From the IMG/VR virus record IMGVR_UViG_3300048050_000067, positions 1 to 38,554 of that record: 38,554 nt of DNA; one strand, 5' to 3'. Below, piece by piece: positions 7,878-16,823 of this stretch. Position 1 is the first letter of the stretch. Each line of letters opens with the position of its first letter. The notes under the pieces are model-generated. The model made no database searches. It was given only the letters and a program-made list of their open reading frames with translations, and was not told the DNA's origin. The DNA comes from a virus. The translations under genes were made by a program, and so were the position numbers.

Positions 7878-8653
7878 AAAAAACAAAAATAGAATGGTGC
7901 GATTACGAGCATAACATCGTCATCGGTTGCAAAAGAAATTGTCGATATTGCTTCGCAAGGAAGATGAATGATCGTTTCCATTGGATCAAGGATTTCTCAG
8001 TTCCAAAACTAATTGAGAAAAATTTAATTCCGTTAAATCCGAAAAATCCTTGTTCAATTTTCGTGGATTCGATCAGCGATCCCGAATATTGGGAAAAAGG
8101 ATGGGGTGGTCGTTTTATCAAAATGGTTTTCAGCTCGAATTCCAATTGCTCCTTTATCCTTCTTTCGAAATCTCCAAAAACTATTTTGAATTATGGAATG
8201 TCTATCACTAAAGTTTTTACTCCTGAATTTCCATTTTCAACCATTGATATTTTCCTTGGGTATTCCTGCGGAAACGAAGATCTAATCCATAAAGTTTTTG
8301 CTGAAACCGGAGATCTTTATGCCGATTTCATTTCTGCGGAGCCTCTTCTAGAGGATATTGGCAGCTTGTCTTGTTTCAAAGAGCTTTTGGAAGACCATTG
8401 CCCGAATTTGAAACTGATCATTTTGGGAGCCGAGACAGGAAACGACTCCGGAAAAGTTCATTGCAAGAAAGAATGGATAGACCATATCGTTTCCGAAGTC
8501 GATTACATCAATAAAACCACCAATCGCCGCGTTTCGGTTTTTATGAAAGATTCCATTAAGGAGATGATGGGAAGCTTTTTTAGGAGAGACAAGCTCCCAT
8601 GGCCTTGCGAAAAACAAGATGTTAGCGCCGATTATTCCGGAGATGTTTTTTGA
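7874..8653 (+). CDS. Phage Gp37/Gp68 family (DUF5131) protein with a CxxxCxxC motif
   Basis: The N-terminus KTKIEWCDYEHNIVIGCKRNCRYCFA is the typical DUF5131 opening and includes C-KRN-C-RY-C. Confidence 0.7.
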   Translation: MKKTKIEWCDYEHNIVIGCKRNCRYCFARKMNDRFHWIKDFSVPKLIEKNLIPLNPKNPCSIFVDSISDPEYWEKGWGGRFIKMVFSSNSNCSFILLSKSPKTILNYGMSITKVFTPEFPFSTIDIFLGYSCGNEDLIHKVFAETGDLYADFISAEPLLEDIGSLSCFKELLEDHCPNLKLIILGAETGNDSGKVHCKKEWIDHIVSEVDYINKTTNRRVSVFMKDSIKEMMGSFFRRDKLPWPCEKQDVSADYSGDVF

Positions 8654-8853
8654 AGAATTGGTGGAATTCCAAAATGGAAGAAAATAGCGTTACCGCCGAA
8701 GAGGTGGAGGCCATACACACATTGATTGATTTAGGGAAAGCATTCACCGAAATCAACATGGCTATTCTCCTGTCGATAGGCTGCAAACCGATTCTAAAGA
8801 AAGAAATGGCAGATAAGGCCATCAAAGCGATTAAAACGCTGGAGGCAAAATAA
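8650..8853 (+). CDS. Hypothetical protein
   Basis: The ORF begins at TTG 8650, overlapping the upstream stop. The first ATG in frame is 8674, so the start is uncertain. Confidence 0.45.
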   Translation: MKNWWNSKMEENSVTAEEVEAIHTLIDLGKAFTEINMAILLSIGCKPILKKEMADKAIKAIKTLEAK

Positions 8854-9222
8854 ATGGAAAACAAAGAAAGCATTCAACTGAAAGTCACGAGAGCATCGCT
8901 TCTAGACAATTCGAAACCATGCGAGGAGGCCTTTGAGAGGAAATTCACCGAGATCGATGAAAGGTTCGTCGATGATCCGACTAAAATACCGGCTTACAGC
9001 GGTACTTCGGAGTGGTGGACCGAGCATGGATCGAATCACCGCATCGAGAAAGGCCATATCAAAAGAGATTTCGAGAAAATGGGCTGGTTTGTCGAAATAA
9101 AGGACTCTAACGACATTTTGGCCTTTCAGAAGAAATACGGAAGCATCATCATTCAACCCGCGCCGGAGAACCCAGCAATCACGGAAATCATCATCAACGA
9201 CATTGGAGGTACCAAAGAATGA
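8854..9222 (+). CDS. Hypothetical protein
   Basis: 122-aa ORF that starts immediately after the upstream stop. No family recognised. Confidence 0.6.
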   Translation: MENKESIQLKVTRASLLDNSKPCEEAFERKFTEIDERFVDDPTKIPAYSGTSEWWTEHGSNHRIEKGHIKRDFEKMGWFVEIKDSNDILAFQKKYGSIIIQPAPENPAITEIIINDIGGTKE

Positions 9223-9572
9223 GCCAGCCTGAAGGTCAAAAGCCTTGCCTAATCGATCAGGAAGAAAAAGAAAAGCTGTTTTCCGATCCGGAACTTCCCT
9301 CTTATAAAACCCATGAACTTAAAATATCCGATAAGTTCTATAAAGCGGTTCGGATGGATAAAAAGACTTTCGAAGTCAGGAAAGACGATCGCAATTTCCA
9401 AATGGGGGATCACATCGTTTTCAAATTATGCCATTTCTCATTTGATCAGTTGCATCAGCCTTCTTGGGAAATCGCCCCGGGCGAATGGATCATTATCTAC
9501 AAACTTTCGGCAACGGACTTTCCGGATGGGATAAAAGAAGGATATTGCGTTCTTGCAGTCCGGAAGATTTGA
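9219..9572 (+). CDS. DUF3850 (ASCH/PUA-like) domain protein
   Basis: THELKISDKFYKAVRMDKKTFEVRKDDRNFQMGDHIVFKL matches the DUF3850 pattern HELKI..YF.AV..G.K.FE.R.NDR.F.VGD. Confidence 0.65.
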   Translation: MSQPEGQKPCLIDQEEKEKLFSDPELPSYKTHELKISDKFYKAVRMDKKTFEVRKDDRNFQMGDHIVFKLCHFSFDQLHQPSWEIAPGEWIIIYKLSATDFPDGIKEGYCVLAVRKI

Positions 9573-9612
9573 GAGAAGGCAATGTAATAAAAACAATTAG
9601 CAAGGAAATAAT

Positions 9613-9768
9613 GTGAACATAAAAATAACGCCAAAACAAAAATTTGTTTTGTTGCTTGCAATAGATTTGGCTATTCAGGAATATAAAATCTCTGATGAAA
9701 CAGAAAAATTTCGAGGCGATATAAAAATTTTGAATCGATTATTGCAAAAGATTAGAAAAGAAAAATAA
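9613..9768 (+). CDS. Possible small protein (51 aa, GTG start)
   Basis: GTG 9613 follows AAGGA. I counted 52 codons to TAA 9766-9768. The region is AT-rich, so a chance ORF is possible. Confidence 0.3.
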   Translation: MNIKITPKQKFVLLLAIDLAIQEYKISDETEKFRGDIKILNRLLQKIRKEK

Positions 9769-9771
9769 AAA

Positions 9772-10659
9772 ATGACTGAGAATGAATTTATCCTTCAAGA
9801 CAGGATTTGCATCATCAACGATACCATCAATAAATGGGATATTGATAATTTCTATCTTTCTTTTAGCGGAGGTAAGGATTCTACGGTTCTTAGCAAGTTG
9901 CTTGATTTAGCCTTGCCCGGAAATCAAATACCAAGGGTTTTCATCAATACAGGAATCGAATATTTGGCTATTGTTGCATTTGTTATGGGAAAGGCCGCTA
10001 TTGACAAACGTTTTGTGATAATCAAGCCGAGCGTTTCTGCCGTGAGAATGCTTCAGGAGAAAGGATATCCTTTCAAATCGAAAGAGCATTCATCAAAGGT
10101 GGGATCATTCCAATCCGGAACATTATCTCCAAGCGTTATTCGTTATAGCAAAGGAAAAACGACCTTTGATTGTCCTAAAGAGCTTTTATATCAATTCAAT
10201 TCTTCGTTTCACTTAAAGCTTTCAAATAAGTGTTGCTATGAAATGAAGAAAAACCCAGCACGTTCATTCGAAATGCAATCCGGGAGAAGAATAGCGATCC
10301 TTGGCTTAAGAATGGCTGAAGGAGGCCAAAGGAAAAACCACAAGGGATGTGCAGTGTTCGAGGGGGGGGCATTAAGAAAGTTCAAGCCTCTCAATCCAAT
10401 AAGTGATCAATGGGAGGATTGGTTCGTTAAAAAAGAACAAATAAAACTATGCGATCTTTATTATCCGCCATTCGATTTCAAAAGAACCGGTTGCAAAGGA
10501 TGCCCTTATTCGATTGATCTTGAAAAGCAGCTTGAAATCATGGAAAGGCTTATGCCGGCAGAAGCCAAGCAATGCGAAATTATCTGGAAACCCGTTTATG
10601 AAGAATATCGAAGAATTGGCTATCGATTGAAAAAAAATACTCAAATAAAGTTGTTTTGA
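9772..10659 (+). CDS. PAPS reductase / DndC-like ATP-pyrophosphatase family protein
   Basis: It has the PP-loop FYLSFSGGKDSTVLSKLL and a C-terminal Cys cluster (KRTGCKGCPYS). Confidence 0.8.
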   Translation: MTENEFILQDRICIINDTINKWDIDNFYLSFSGGKDSTVLSKLLDLALPGNQIPRVFINTGIEYLAIVAFVMGKAAIDKRFVIIKPSVSAVRMLQEKGYPFKSKEHSSKVGSFQSGTLSPSVIRYSKGKTTFDCPKELLYQFNSSFHLKLSNKCCYEMKKNPARSFEMQSGRRIAILGLRMAEGGQRKNHKGCAVFEGGALRKFKPLNPISDQWEDWFVKKEQIKLCDLYYPPFDFKRTGCKGCPYSIDLEKQLEIMERLMPAEAKQCEIIWKPVYEEYRRIGYRLKKNTQIKLF

Positions 10660-10673
10660 TGTCAATAAATAAT

Positions 10674-10751
10674 CGTTTTAGTGCAAAAAGTTAGATTTGA
10701 GTGCAACAAATGCCATTTTGAGTTCAAAAATCATCGTTTCAGTAACAAAAA
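10674..10751 (+). promoter_or_regulatory. Four phased repeats (TTTnAGTnCAAaAA) upstream of the small recombinase gene
   Basis: AGTGCAA occurs at 10680 and 10700, AGTTCAA at 10721 and AGTAACAA at 10741. Each is preceded by a T-run and followed by an A-run, with spacing of 20-21 bp. The outer units share ATCGTTTyAGT..CAAAAAG. Confidence 0.5.
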
Positions 10752-10761
10752 GGAGAATATT

Positions 10762-11466
10762 ATGGCAAAACGATCGGAAAGTCTGACGAAGAGATCTTCT
10801 GGAAGGATGATTAAGTCTTTCCGGGGAGCGCAACGAACGCATCCAATCAAAGATCCTCAATTAAGGCAGGATTTCATCGCTTGGTTTTATCTTCGGGTCA
10901 AAAAAGCAAAAACCGAACTGAAAAAAGACCAGGCTAAAAGAGATCTCATGATTATTCTCACCGCTATGAACACCGCTTTCAGAGCTGAAGATCTTCTTCA
11001 ATTGAGGGTGAAAGACATCGACAAAGGCTTCATGTCGGTCAAAGAGAACAAAACCGGGAAGATTCAAAACTTTCCTTTGAACAAAGAGCTTTATCAAAAA
11101 TTAATTGATTACGTCAAAGACAATTCCCTAAGTCGCGAAGATTATATCTTTAATCCCCAGCAAACGAAGTCGCAAGGACGTCCCTACACCGATCCGATCA
11201 CAAGGCAAAGAATGAATCAGATCATCAATAAAGCGGTCCAAGGATCCGGAATACCCTATTCCGTAGGGTTGCATGGTTTGCGGAAAACATTTGGTTATGT
11301 ATTCATCAAAGAGAACAAAGGAAATCCTTTGACTCTCATGAAAATGTACAATCACTCGAATATGAGCGTCACGCAGCGCTATGTCGAATGGGACATCGAT
11401 GATGCCCAGAAAGAAAGGGAGAACGTCTTCATTGATTTCAAATCAGGAAAGAAAAAGAGGAAATAA
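10762..11466 (+). CDS. Small tyrosine site-specific recombinase (catalytic domain only)
   Basis: AAAGGAG lies 7 nt upstream of ATG 10762. The catalytic pattern is AFRAEDLLQLRVKDI (Arg), LHGLRKTFG (HxxR) and NHSNMSVTQRYV (His...Tyr). At 234 aa it lacks an arm-binding domain. Confidence 0.8.
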   Translation: MAKRSESLTKRSSGRMIKSFRGAQRTHPIKDPQLRQDFIAWFYLRVKKAKTELKKDQAKRDLMIILTAMNTAFRAEDLLQLRVKDIDKGFMSVKENKTGKIQNFPLNKELYQKLIDYVKDNSLSREDYIFNPQQTKSQGRPYTDPITRQRMNQIINKAVQGSGIPYSVGLHGLRKTFGYVFIKENKGNPLTLMKMYNHSNMSVTQRYVEWDIDDAQKERENVFIDFKSGKKKRK

Positions 11467-11468
11467 CC

Positions 11469-12032
11469 ATGGATCAGGAAAATGCAAACGATAATCAGAT
11501 TTTTAAATTGAAGCCTGCAACCTCCGGATTTGAGCTTTGCCCATTCAAGGCAGTCGTAAAAGTTCAAAGTCTTTATATCAAACAATTTGAGATTGAGGAT
11601 TCCGATTGCCCGGAAGGAAACATTGGTGGAGTCAATCGCTGGCTCGATTATTGGTGTGGAATCATAGATCCTGCAAATTATTCGACATTGACGCAAATCA
11701 TCGGGAACGGATCCTTCGGCCAAGATGACAGTACCTTCAAGCCGATTTGCGACAATTTGAGAAAGCTTGGCTATGTCATCATTTTGGATCCCGAAGAGCA
11801 AAAAAGACTTATTTCCGAAAGATCAAGGCTGCTTAAAACGATTAATAAACAAATTAAAACAATGACCATATCAAAGAAAACGGCAAACAAACAAATCTAT
11901 GAAGTTTTAAAAGATTTGAACCAAACAATCGAAAAAAACAAATTTGCAATACAACTAAACATCGATAGAAACTCCGAGAAAACAAATATTGGAAAACATT
12001 TGCTAGAAACGCCTATGAAAATAAAGGATTAA
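11469..12032 (+). CDS. Hypothetical protein with a coiled-coil-like C-terminus
   Basis: 187-aa ORF starting 2 nt after the recombinase stop. No family recognised. The antisense ORF 11379-11801 is treated as a shadow. Confidence 0.6.
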   Translation: MDQENANDNQIFKLKPATSGFELCPFKAVVKVQSLYIKQFEIEDSDCPEGNIGGVNRWLDYWCGIIDPANYSTLTQIIGNGSFGQDDSTFKPICDNLRKLGYVIILDPEEQKRLISERSRLLKTINKQIKTMTISKKTANKQIYEVLKDLNQTIEKNKFAIQLNIDRNSEKTNIGKHLLETPMKIKD

Positions 12033-12313
12033 ACAACCATAACTACTAGGATAAACCATGATTGATTTTCAACCCTTGAAAGTTTGCTAGATTAAGTGGA
12101 AATGGAAAGTAAATAAAACACCATTTTATCAAGATTTACTTCGATTGAATCTTACAAAACAACCTAATTTAATCCATTTTAAAAAATGCATAAATAAAAA
12201 ATCATAACGATTTAGAGAGATCCTTTGTCCGGGGAAGAAGAAAACGATCGTCCCGAGCAAAGTAACATTTAATCGAAACAATCATGCGATTATTGCCTCA
12301 ATAAAATGAAAGG

Positions 12314-12595
12314 ATGGCAAGAATGTCAAAGCAAAACAACAATGCAATTTCACAGTATCTAAGCCTACTTTCATTGATTTCAACCAAAGAGAAAGAACTC
12401 TCTAATCTTAATGTCAAAAAAGCCGAGATTGAGGTGGTGTTAGCGAAGCTAAAGAACGATAACAATGACCGTCATTTTAACGTTGTCTATGATCACCTGG
12501 TCAATGGCATTTCCTTGACTAAGTGTGCGGATAAATATAACTACACGAGAAGCGCCGTTAATAAGATTATCAGCAATTATCGAAAGAATAATTGA
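12314..12595 (+). CDS. Putative late-gene transcriptional regulator (sigma-70 region-4-like HTH)
   Basis: The C-terminal ISLTKCADKYNYTRSAVNKIISNY looks like an HTH. The gene sits after a long AT-rich gap and before the HNH/terminase genes. ATG 12323 has better spacing to AAAGGA than ATG 12314. Confidence 0.45.
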   Translation: MARMSKQNNNAISQYLSLLSLISTKEKELSNLNVKKAEIEVVLAKLKNDNNDRHFNVVYDHLVNGISLTKCADKYNYTRSAVNKIISNYRKNN

Positions 12596-12598
12596 AAT

Positions 12599-12618
12599 CT
12601 TTCCACTACTTTCCACTA
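12599..12618. repeat. Tandem 10-bp repeat CTTTCCACTA x2
   Basis: Read directly: ctttccacta ctttccacta, immediately after the stop of the regulator-like gene. Confidence 0.85.
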
Positions 12619-12663
12619 GGCAAATCGGGATAAATCTTTTCGCGTTGTGTTATTAATCATCAC

Positions 12664-12723
12664 GGAAACGGAGTTCGCGTGTGCTTTCAAGGCAGCGCTT
12701 GTGCTCATGTTGGAACCGTTTCC
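12664..12723 (+). other. Nested stem-loop in the gap before the HNH/terminase genes (candidate cos-region or regulatory structure)
   Basis: GGAAACGG (12664-12671) pairs with CCGTTTCC (12716-12723). These enclose an inner hairpin at 12677-12698 and a TGTGCT direct repeat. Confidence 0.35.
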
Positions 12724-12746
12724 TTCTTTTGCAAAAGGAGTAGATA

Positions 12747-13085
12747 GTGCCAAGTTCTCATGGTCCTAGAGTCGATGCCTTCTATCATTCGGCCGAATGG
12801 AAGAAGTGCAGGGATGCCAAGATCAGGCAGGCTCATGGTGTTTGTGAGAAGTGTGGCAAGGTCGGGACTGAAGTTCATCACATCATTCCGTTGACCGAGG
12901 CCAATATCGATGATCCTTCGATTCGAATTGGTTTGGATAACATGATGCTACTGTGCAAGCCGTGTCATGACCAAGCTAGAGCGATTACAGGGACATCGGG
13001 GAAACGATGCGTTTTTGATGAAAGTGGGAGAGTCACGGGAATGAAAGACACCCCCCCGGTTCCTTCGGCCAAATGGAGCCGTTAG
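12747..13085 (+). CDS. Terminase-associated HNH endonuclease
   Basis: GTG start with AGGAG 7 nt upstream. YHSAEWKKCRD...CEKCG...VHHIIPL...NMMLLCKPCHD is the HNH signature typical of cos-type HK97-like phages. Confidence 0.85.
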   Translation: MPSSHGPRVDAFYHSAEWKKCRDAKIRQAHGVCEKCGKVGTEVHHIIPLTEANIDDPSIRIGLDNMMLLCKPCHDQARAITGTSGKRCVFDESGRVTGMKDTPPVPSAKWSR

Positions 13086-13185
13086 GCTCACCGGGCTGGG
13101 AGTGGCGAAATAAAAATTCCCGAAAAATCCCCTTGAAGACCCGAAAACCGAGATGATCCAAAAAGAAAGGAGGTAAGCGCAAAAG

Positions 13186-13821
13186 ATGGTCCAAGAAATG
13201 AAGAAAACGAAGCGAGGAAGGCCGCTTAACATGAGCGGAGTCTTCTCTTCGAAACACCATTACACGAAAGCCGAGAAGCTTGAATTCTCTCACCGCGCCG
13301 AAACCCTCCAAAAAATGGCGGAAGGAAGCGCTCTTTTGCCTCCTTCATGGATCTCAAAAACATCGAAAGAGATCTTCGATGACGTCATTTCGGACTACAA
13401 GAAGCTCCATGCCGAGATTCTTTGCGATCTCGACATGAACGAATTAACCATGTACTGCGATTCTTTGGCCAATTATCTTTTCCACAAAGAGAATTTGCCA
13501 AAATTCCGCCAGAAGATGAATGAGTTAATCGACCAGGCTGATGGCGTGGCCGACAAAGCAAAGGAAGACGAGGACTATAAATCATACCGAGATCTTCTTG
13601 GCTCAATTCGATCTCTTTCTTATTCCATCAAAAACGAGGAAGACGAAATGTACCGACAAGAATCGCTTTTCATGCAACATGCTAACCAGCTTGGTTTGAC
13701 TCCTGAAGGAAGGGCTCGTTTGGCCGATCGGAAGAAAATCCAAGAAGAGGAAGACAAAGATCCCGGAGCGGCTTGGGCAAACAAGATCTCTATCAAATCT
13801 TCTAAGGACATCAAGGCCTGA
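13186..13821 (+). CDS. terS: Terminase small subunit (P27-family-like)
   Basis: It lies between the HNH and the large terminase. The segment EIFDDVISDYKKLHAEILCDLDMNELTMYCDSLANY resembles the P27 family. An alternative start is at 13198. Confidence 0.7.
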   Translation: MVQEMKKTKRGRPLNMSGVFSSKHHYTKAEKLEFSHRAETLQKMAEGSALLPPSWISKTSKEIFDDVISDYKKLHAEILCDLDMNELTMYCDSLANYLFHKENLPKFRQKMNELIDQADGVADKAKEDEDYKSYRDLLGSIRSLSYSIKNEEDEMYRQESLFMQHANQLGLTPEGRARLADRKKIQEEEDKDPGAAWANKISIKSSKDIKA

Positions 13822-13823
13822 TC

Positions 13824-15590
13824 ATGGAAACAACCGCTGTTGAAAAATACATAAAATCAATCGAATCCGGAAAGGAAACGGTTGGATATTGGGTTCGCAC
13901 CTGGTATCTAAATCACATTAAACCAGTGATTGAAGATAAGGATCCAAAATACTATTTCGATCCCGAAGCCTCTTCTGATTTCTACAATTTCATCGACGAT
14001 TTTTGCCTTAATACCTCAAATCCGCGATTCTATGGCAAATCTTTAAAGCTTCTCGATTTTCAAAAAGCGAAATACGATTGCCTATTAGGAATTAAAAGCC
14101 GGGAAACCGATCTCAGAAGATTCCATCGCGTGGTCGATGAGGAAGGCCGCAAAAACGGGAAGACCGGAGCGGTATATCCTTTGCCGCTTTACATGATGGT
14201 CTCAGGCGGCGGCATTCAATGCACCTGCCTCGCTTCCAAACTCGATCAAGCGAAAATCCTATGGAATATGTGCGCCAAAGCGATCCAAATGAATCCAAGC
14301 CTTGAAAAACATTTATTCGATGTTCAGAGATTCAATCCATCGATCATTTCCACAAAAGGATCTTTGAATCTAAATTCGACTTTCAAGCCTTTAGCTAGAG
14401 ATCAGTCAAAAGACGGCGGCGGAAATGATGGCTATGAATTTTACGTCGGTATCATCGACGAAATACACAAGGCAACGCAAGAGCAGCAAGACAGCATCAT
14501 CCAAAGCCAGTCAGCAATGGATGCGCCGATACTTTGGGAAATGGGAACCTGCGGAAATAAACGTTATTCCCTTTGGGACGATTTGCGCCTCATGTGCAAA
14601 AAAGTCATTCTTGGCATCCAACAAGACGATTCCCTTATGCCGATTCTCTATGAAGCCGATAGCGATGATCTCGAACTCATCCCGGAGAACGAGCGTCCGA
14701 AGAAAGACGATCCCTTTGACATCACCATTTGGGGAAAGGCCAATCCGTCGCTTGGATATATCAAAAAAATAGAGTCTCTTGATGAACAAGCTTTGATGGC
14801 CAAAAACAATCCCAATCAGAAAATCGATTTTCTGAGAAAGGATTTGAATATCATCGGCCAAGAAAGCGTTGGATGGCTTTCCAGCGATCTCATCATCAAT
14901 CATTTCGTTTACACCGAAGAGGAAATGAAGGAATTCGATAACTCAACCGTTATCGGCGCTTTCGATCTTTCGAAGACAAACGATCTAACCGCATGGGGGA
15001 CTTTGATTTTCGACAAAAAAAGAAATCAGATTTTCCTTCAGCTCCAGTGCTGGTGCACCCAAGATTTCTTGGATTCCACGTATGCGAAAGAAGCTGGCGT
15101 TCCTTGGCAAGCTTGGATCGAGCGAGGTTTCCTCAAAATTTCGGGCTCCCATTTAATCGATTATCACGATATCTCAAATCATCTTCTTGGCGAGTTTAAG
15201 CGACATGGCTACACTTTCGACAAAATCTGCTACGATCCATATTCAGCGAACTATCTTATCGAAGAAATCGATGCTTTAGGATGGTCCAAAAATGGATGTT
15301 TAACGCCTGTTCCGCAAGGTTTCAAGTCCTTGAATATTCCAATGCAGGAGGCTCATGCCCTTCTTCAGGGTAAAAAAATCGTTTTCAACGACAACCCGAT
15401 GGTAATGTGGATGTTTTCGAACGTCGAACTCGTCGAAGACCGAAACGGGAACATGATGCCCAACAAGGCCGAGGACAGAAAATGCAACAAGATAGACGGT
15501 TTCTCAGTTCTGTTGGATTGCCTCTTTGCCTATTGCCAAAACAAGGATTATTTCTTGCCGGAAGGAGGCCATGATGGGAGCGCTAAATAA
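13824..15590 (+). CDS. terL: Terminase large subunit
   Basis: 588 aa with a Walker-A-like EEGRKNGKTG. It follows TerS and precedes the portal. Confidence 0.85.
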   Translation: METTAVEKYIKSIESGKETVGYWVRTWYLNHIKPVIEDKDPKYYFDPEASSDFYNFIDDFCLNTSNPRFYGKSLKLLDFQKAKYDCLLGIKSRETDLRRFHRVVDEEGRKNGKTGAVYPLPLYMMVSGGGIQCTCLASKLDQAKILWNMCAKAIQMNPSLEKHLFDVQRFNPSIISTKGSLNLNSTFKPLARDQSKDGGGNDGYEFYVGIIDEIHKATQEQQDSIIQSQSAMDAPILWEMGTCGNKRYSLWDDLRLMCKKVILGIQQDDSLMPILYEADSDDLELIPENERPKKDDPFDITIWGKANPSLGYIKKIESLDEQALMAKNNPNQKIDFLRKDLNIIGQESVGWLSSDLIINHFVYTEEEMKEFDNSTVIGAFDLSKTNDLTAWGTLIFDKKRNQIFLQLQCWCTQDFLDSTYAKEAGVPWQAWIERGFLKISGSHLIDYHDISNHLLGEFKRHGYTFDKICYDPYSANYLIEEIDALGWSKNGCLTPVPQGFKSLNIPMQEAHALLQGKKIVFNDNPMVMWMFSNVELVEDRNGNMMPNKAEDRKCNKIDGFSVLLDCLFAYCQNKDYFLPEGGHDGSAK

Positions 15591-16794
15591 TTTCCTATCA
15601 AAAATCTTCGGGGGAAGAAAAGAAAACACTTTCCCTAAGGGCGAATTGGTCAATTTCATGAGCCTTTTCTCCACTAATGAGGTCAGATCTGATCTAAATT
15701 CGACTTTCATTTCGTGCCTCGACACTAACGCCCAATTTTTATGCAAGATAAAACCTGAAGTCCAAATCAAAGGCGATAGCGCCAAAAATAAAAAGGATCT
15801 CACTTATCTCCTATCCGTGAAGCCAAACCGAATCATGGATGCTCCGACATTCTGGGAAGCGGTGGCAAGAAGTTATTTCGAAAATAATGTTGCTATTTGC
15901 TGGGTGATTAGAGATCTTTTCTCAACTGATCTTTCTCCGATCGAAATTTACCCATTAGATATTAGCGAGACAGGACTGAATCTTGGGGTTAATCCTACCG
16001 ATGGAAACCTTTATTCCTCATTCAGAATCAACGGACAAATCCATTACGCATCATCCGAAGATCTAATTATCGTTCAGCGGAATAGATCCATCGGAGAGCT
16101 ACTTGGAAAAAGAAGCAAATCGATAGACCAGGCATTGAAGGTCATTGCCGCTGGCTATGCCGGGGCTGAAAAGGCCGTCACGGAAAGCCAATACATCCGT
16201 TTCATCGCTCAAGGATCAACGCAACTCAGTGATGAAAATCAAAAAAAATATAATGCCATTCTTCAAGATGTTCTCAATACCGCAAAAAATGGCGTTGCCG
16301 TCATTCCGTCAGGCGCAACATTAGTTCCGGCAAACAGCCAAGGAAAATGGCTTCCCGATGCCGATCTATCCGGATTCAAAAGTGATATTTATGAATACTT
16401 CGGGGTCAATGAAAAAATCGTCAGCGCCATGTTCACGGAAGACGATTATCAATCCTATTACGAGAGGACGCTTGAGCCTTTTTGCTCGAAATTAGGGGCC
16501 CAATTGACCATAAAGCTTCTATCCGAAAACGAAATATCAAAAGGCAATGAAATCGTCGTTCCAACATATCCCCTTCAAACGGTTTCGATCAAGACGAGAA
16601 TCGCCTTGGCTACCGCGATGGAAGGGCTTCCGATGGTGGTTCCAAATGACGTATTATCGCTTTTATACCAGCCCACTTATGCCGGTGGGGAAAACCCTCA
16701 AGCCTCTCTCAATTGGGTGAAGGCACAAGACCAATCTAAATATCAAACCGGAACTTCGAACGGCCCTCCAAAGATTGATTCGAAAGACGATTAG
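15571..16794 (+). CDS. Portal protein (HK97 family)
   Basis: About 407 aa, between TerL and the prohead protease. GAAGGAGG lies just upstream of ATG 15571/15574. The ORF-track start at 15526 is inside terL. Confidence 0.8.
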   Translation: MMGALNNFLSKIFGGRKENTFPKGELVNFMSLFSTNEVRSDLNSTFISCLDTNAQFLCKIKPEVQIKGDSAKNKKDLTYLLSVKPNRIMDAPTFWEAVARSYFENNVAICWVIRDLFSTDLSPIEIYPLDISETGLNLGVNPTDGNLYSSFRINGQIHYASSEDLIIVQRNRSIGELLGKRSKSIDQALKVIAAGYAGAEKAVTESQYIRFIAQGSTQLSDENQKKYNAILQDVLNTAKNGVAVIPSGATLVPANSQGKWLPDADLSGFKSDIYEYFGVNEKIVSAMFTEDDYQSYYERTLEPFCSKLGAQLTIKLLSENEISKGNEIVVPTYPLQTVSIKTRIALATAMEGLPMVVPNDVLSLLYQPTYAGGENPQASLNWVKAQDQSKYQTGTSNGPPKIDSKDD

Positions 16795-16823
16795 CCAAGC
16801 AAAAATAAGGAGGACAAAAAATA

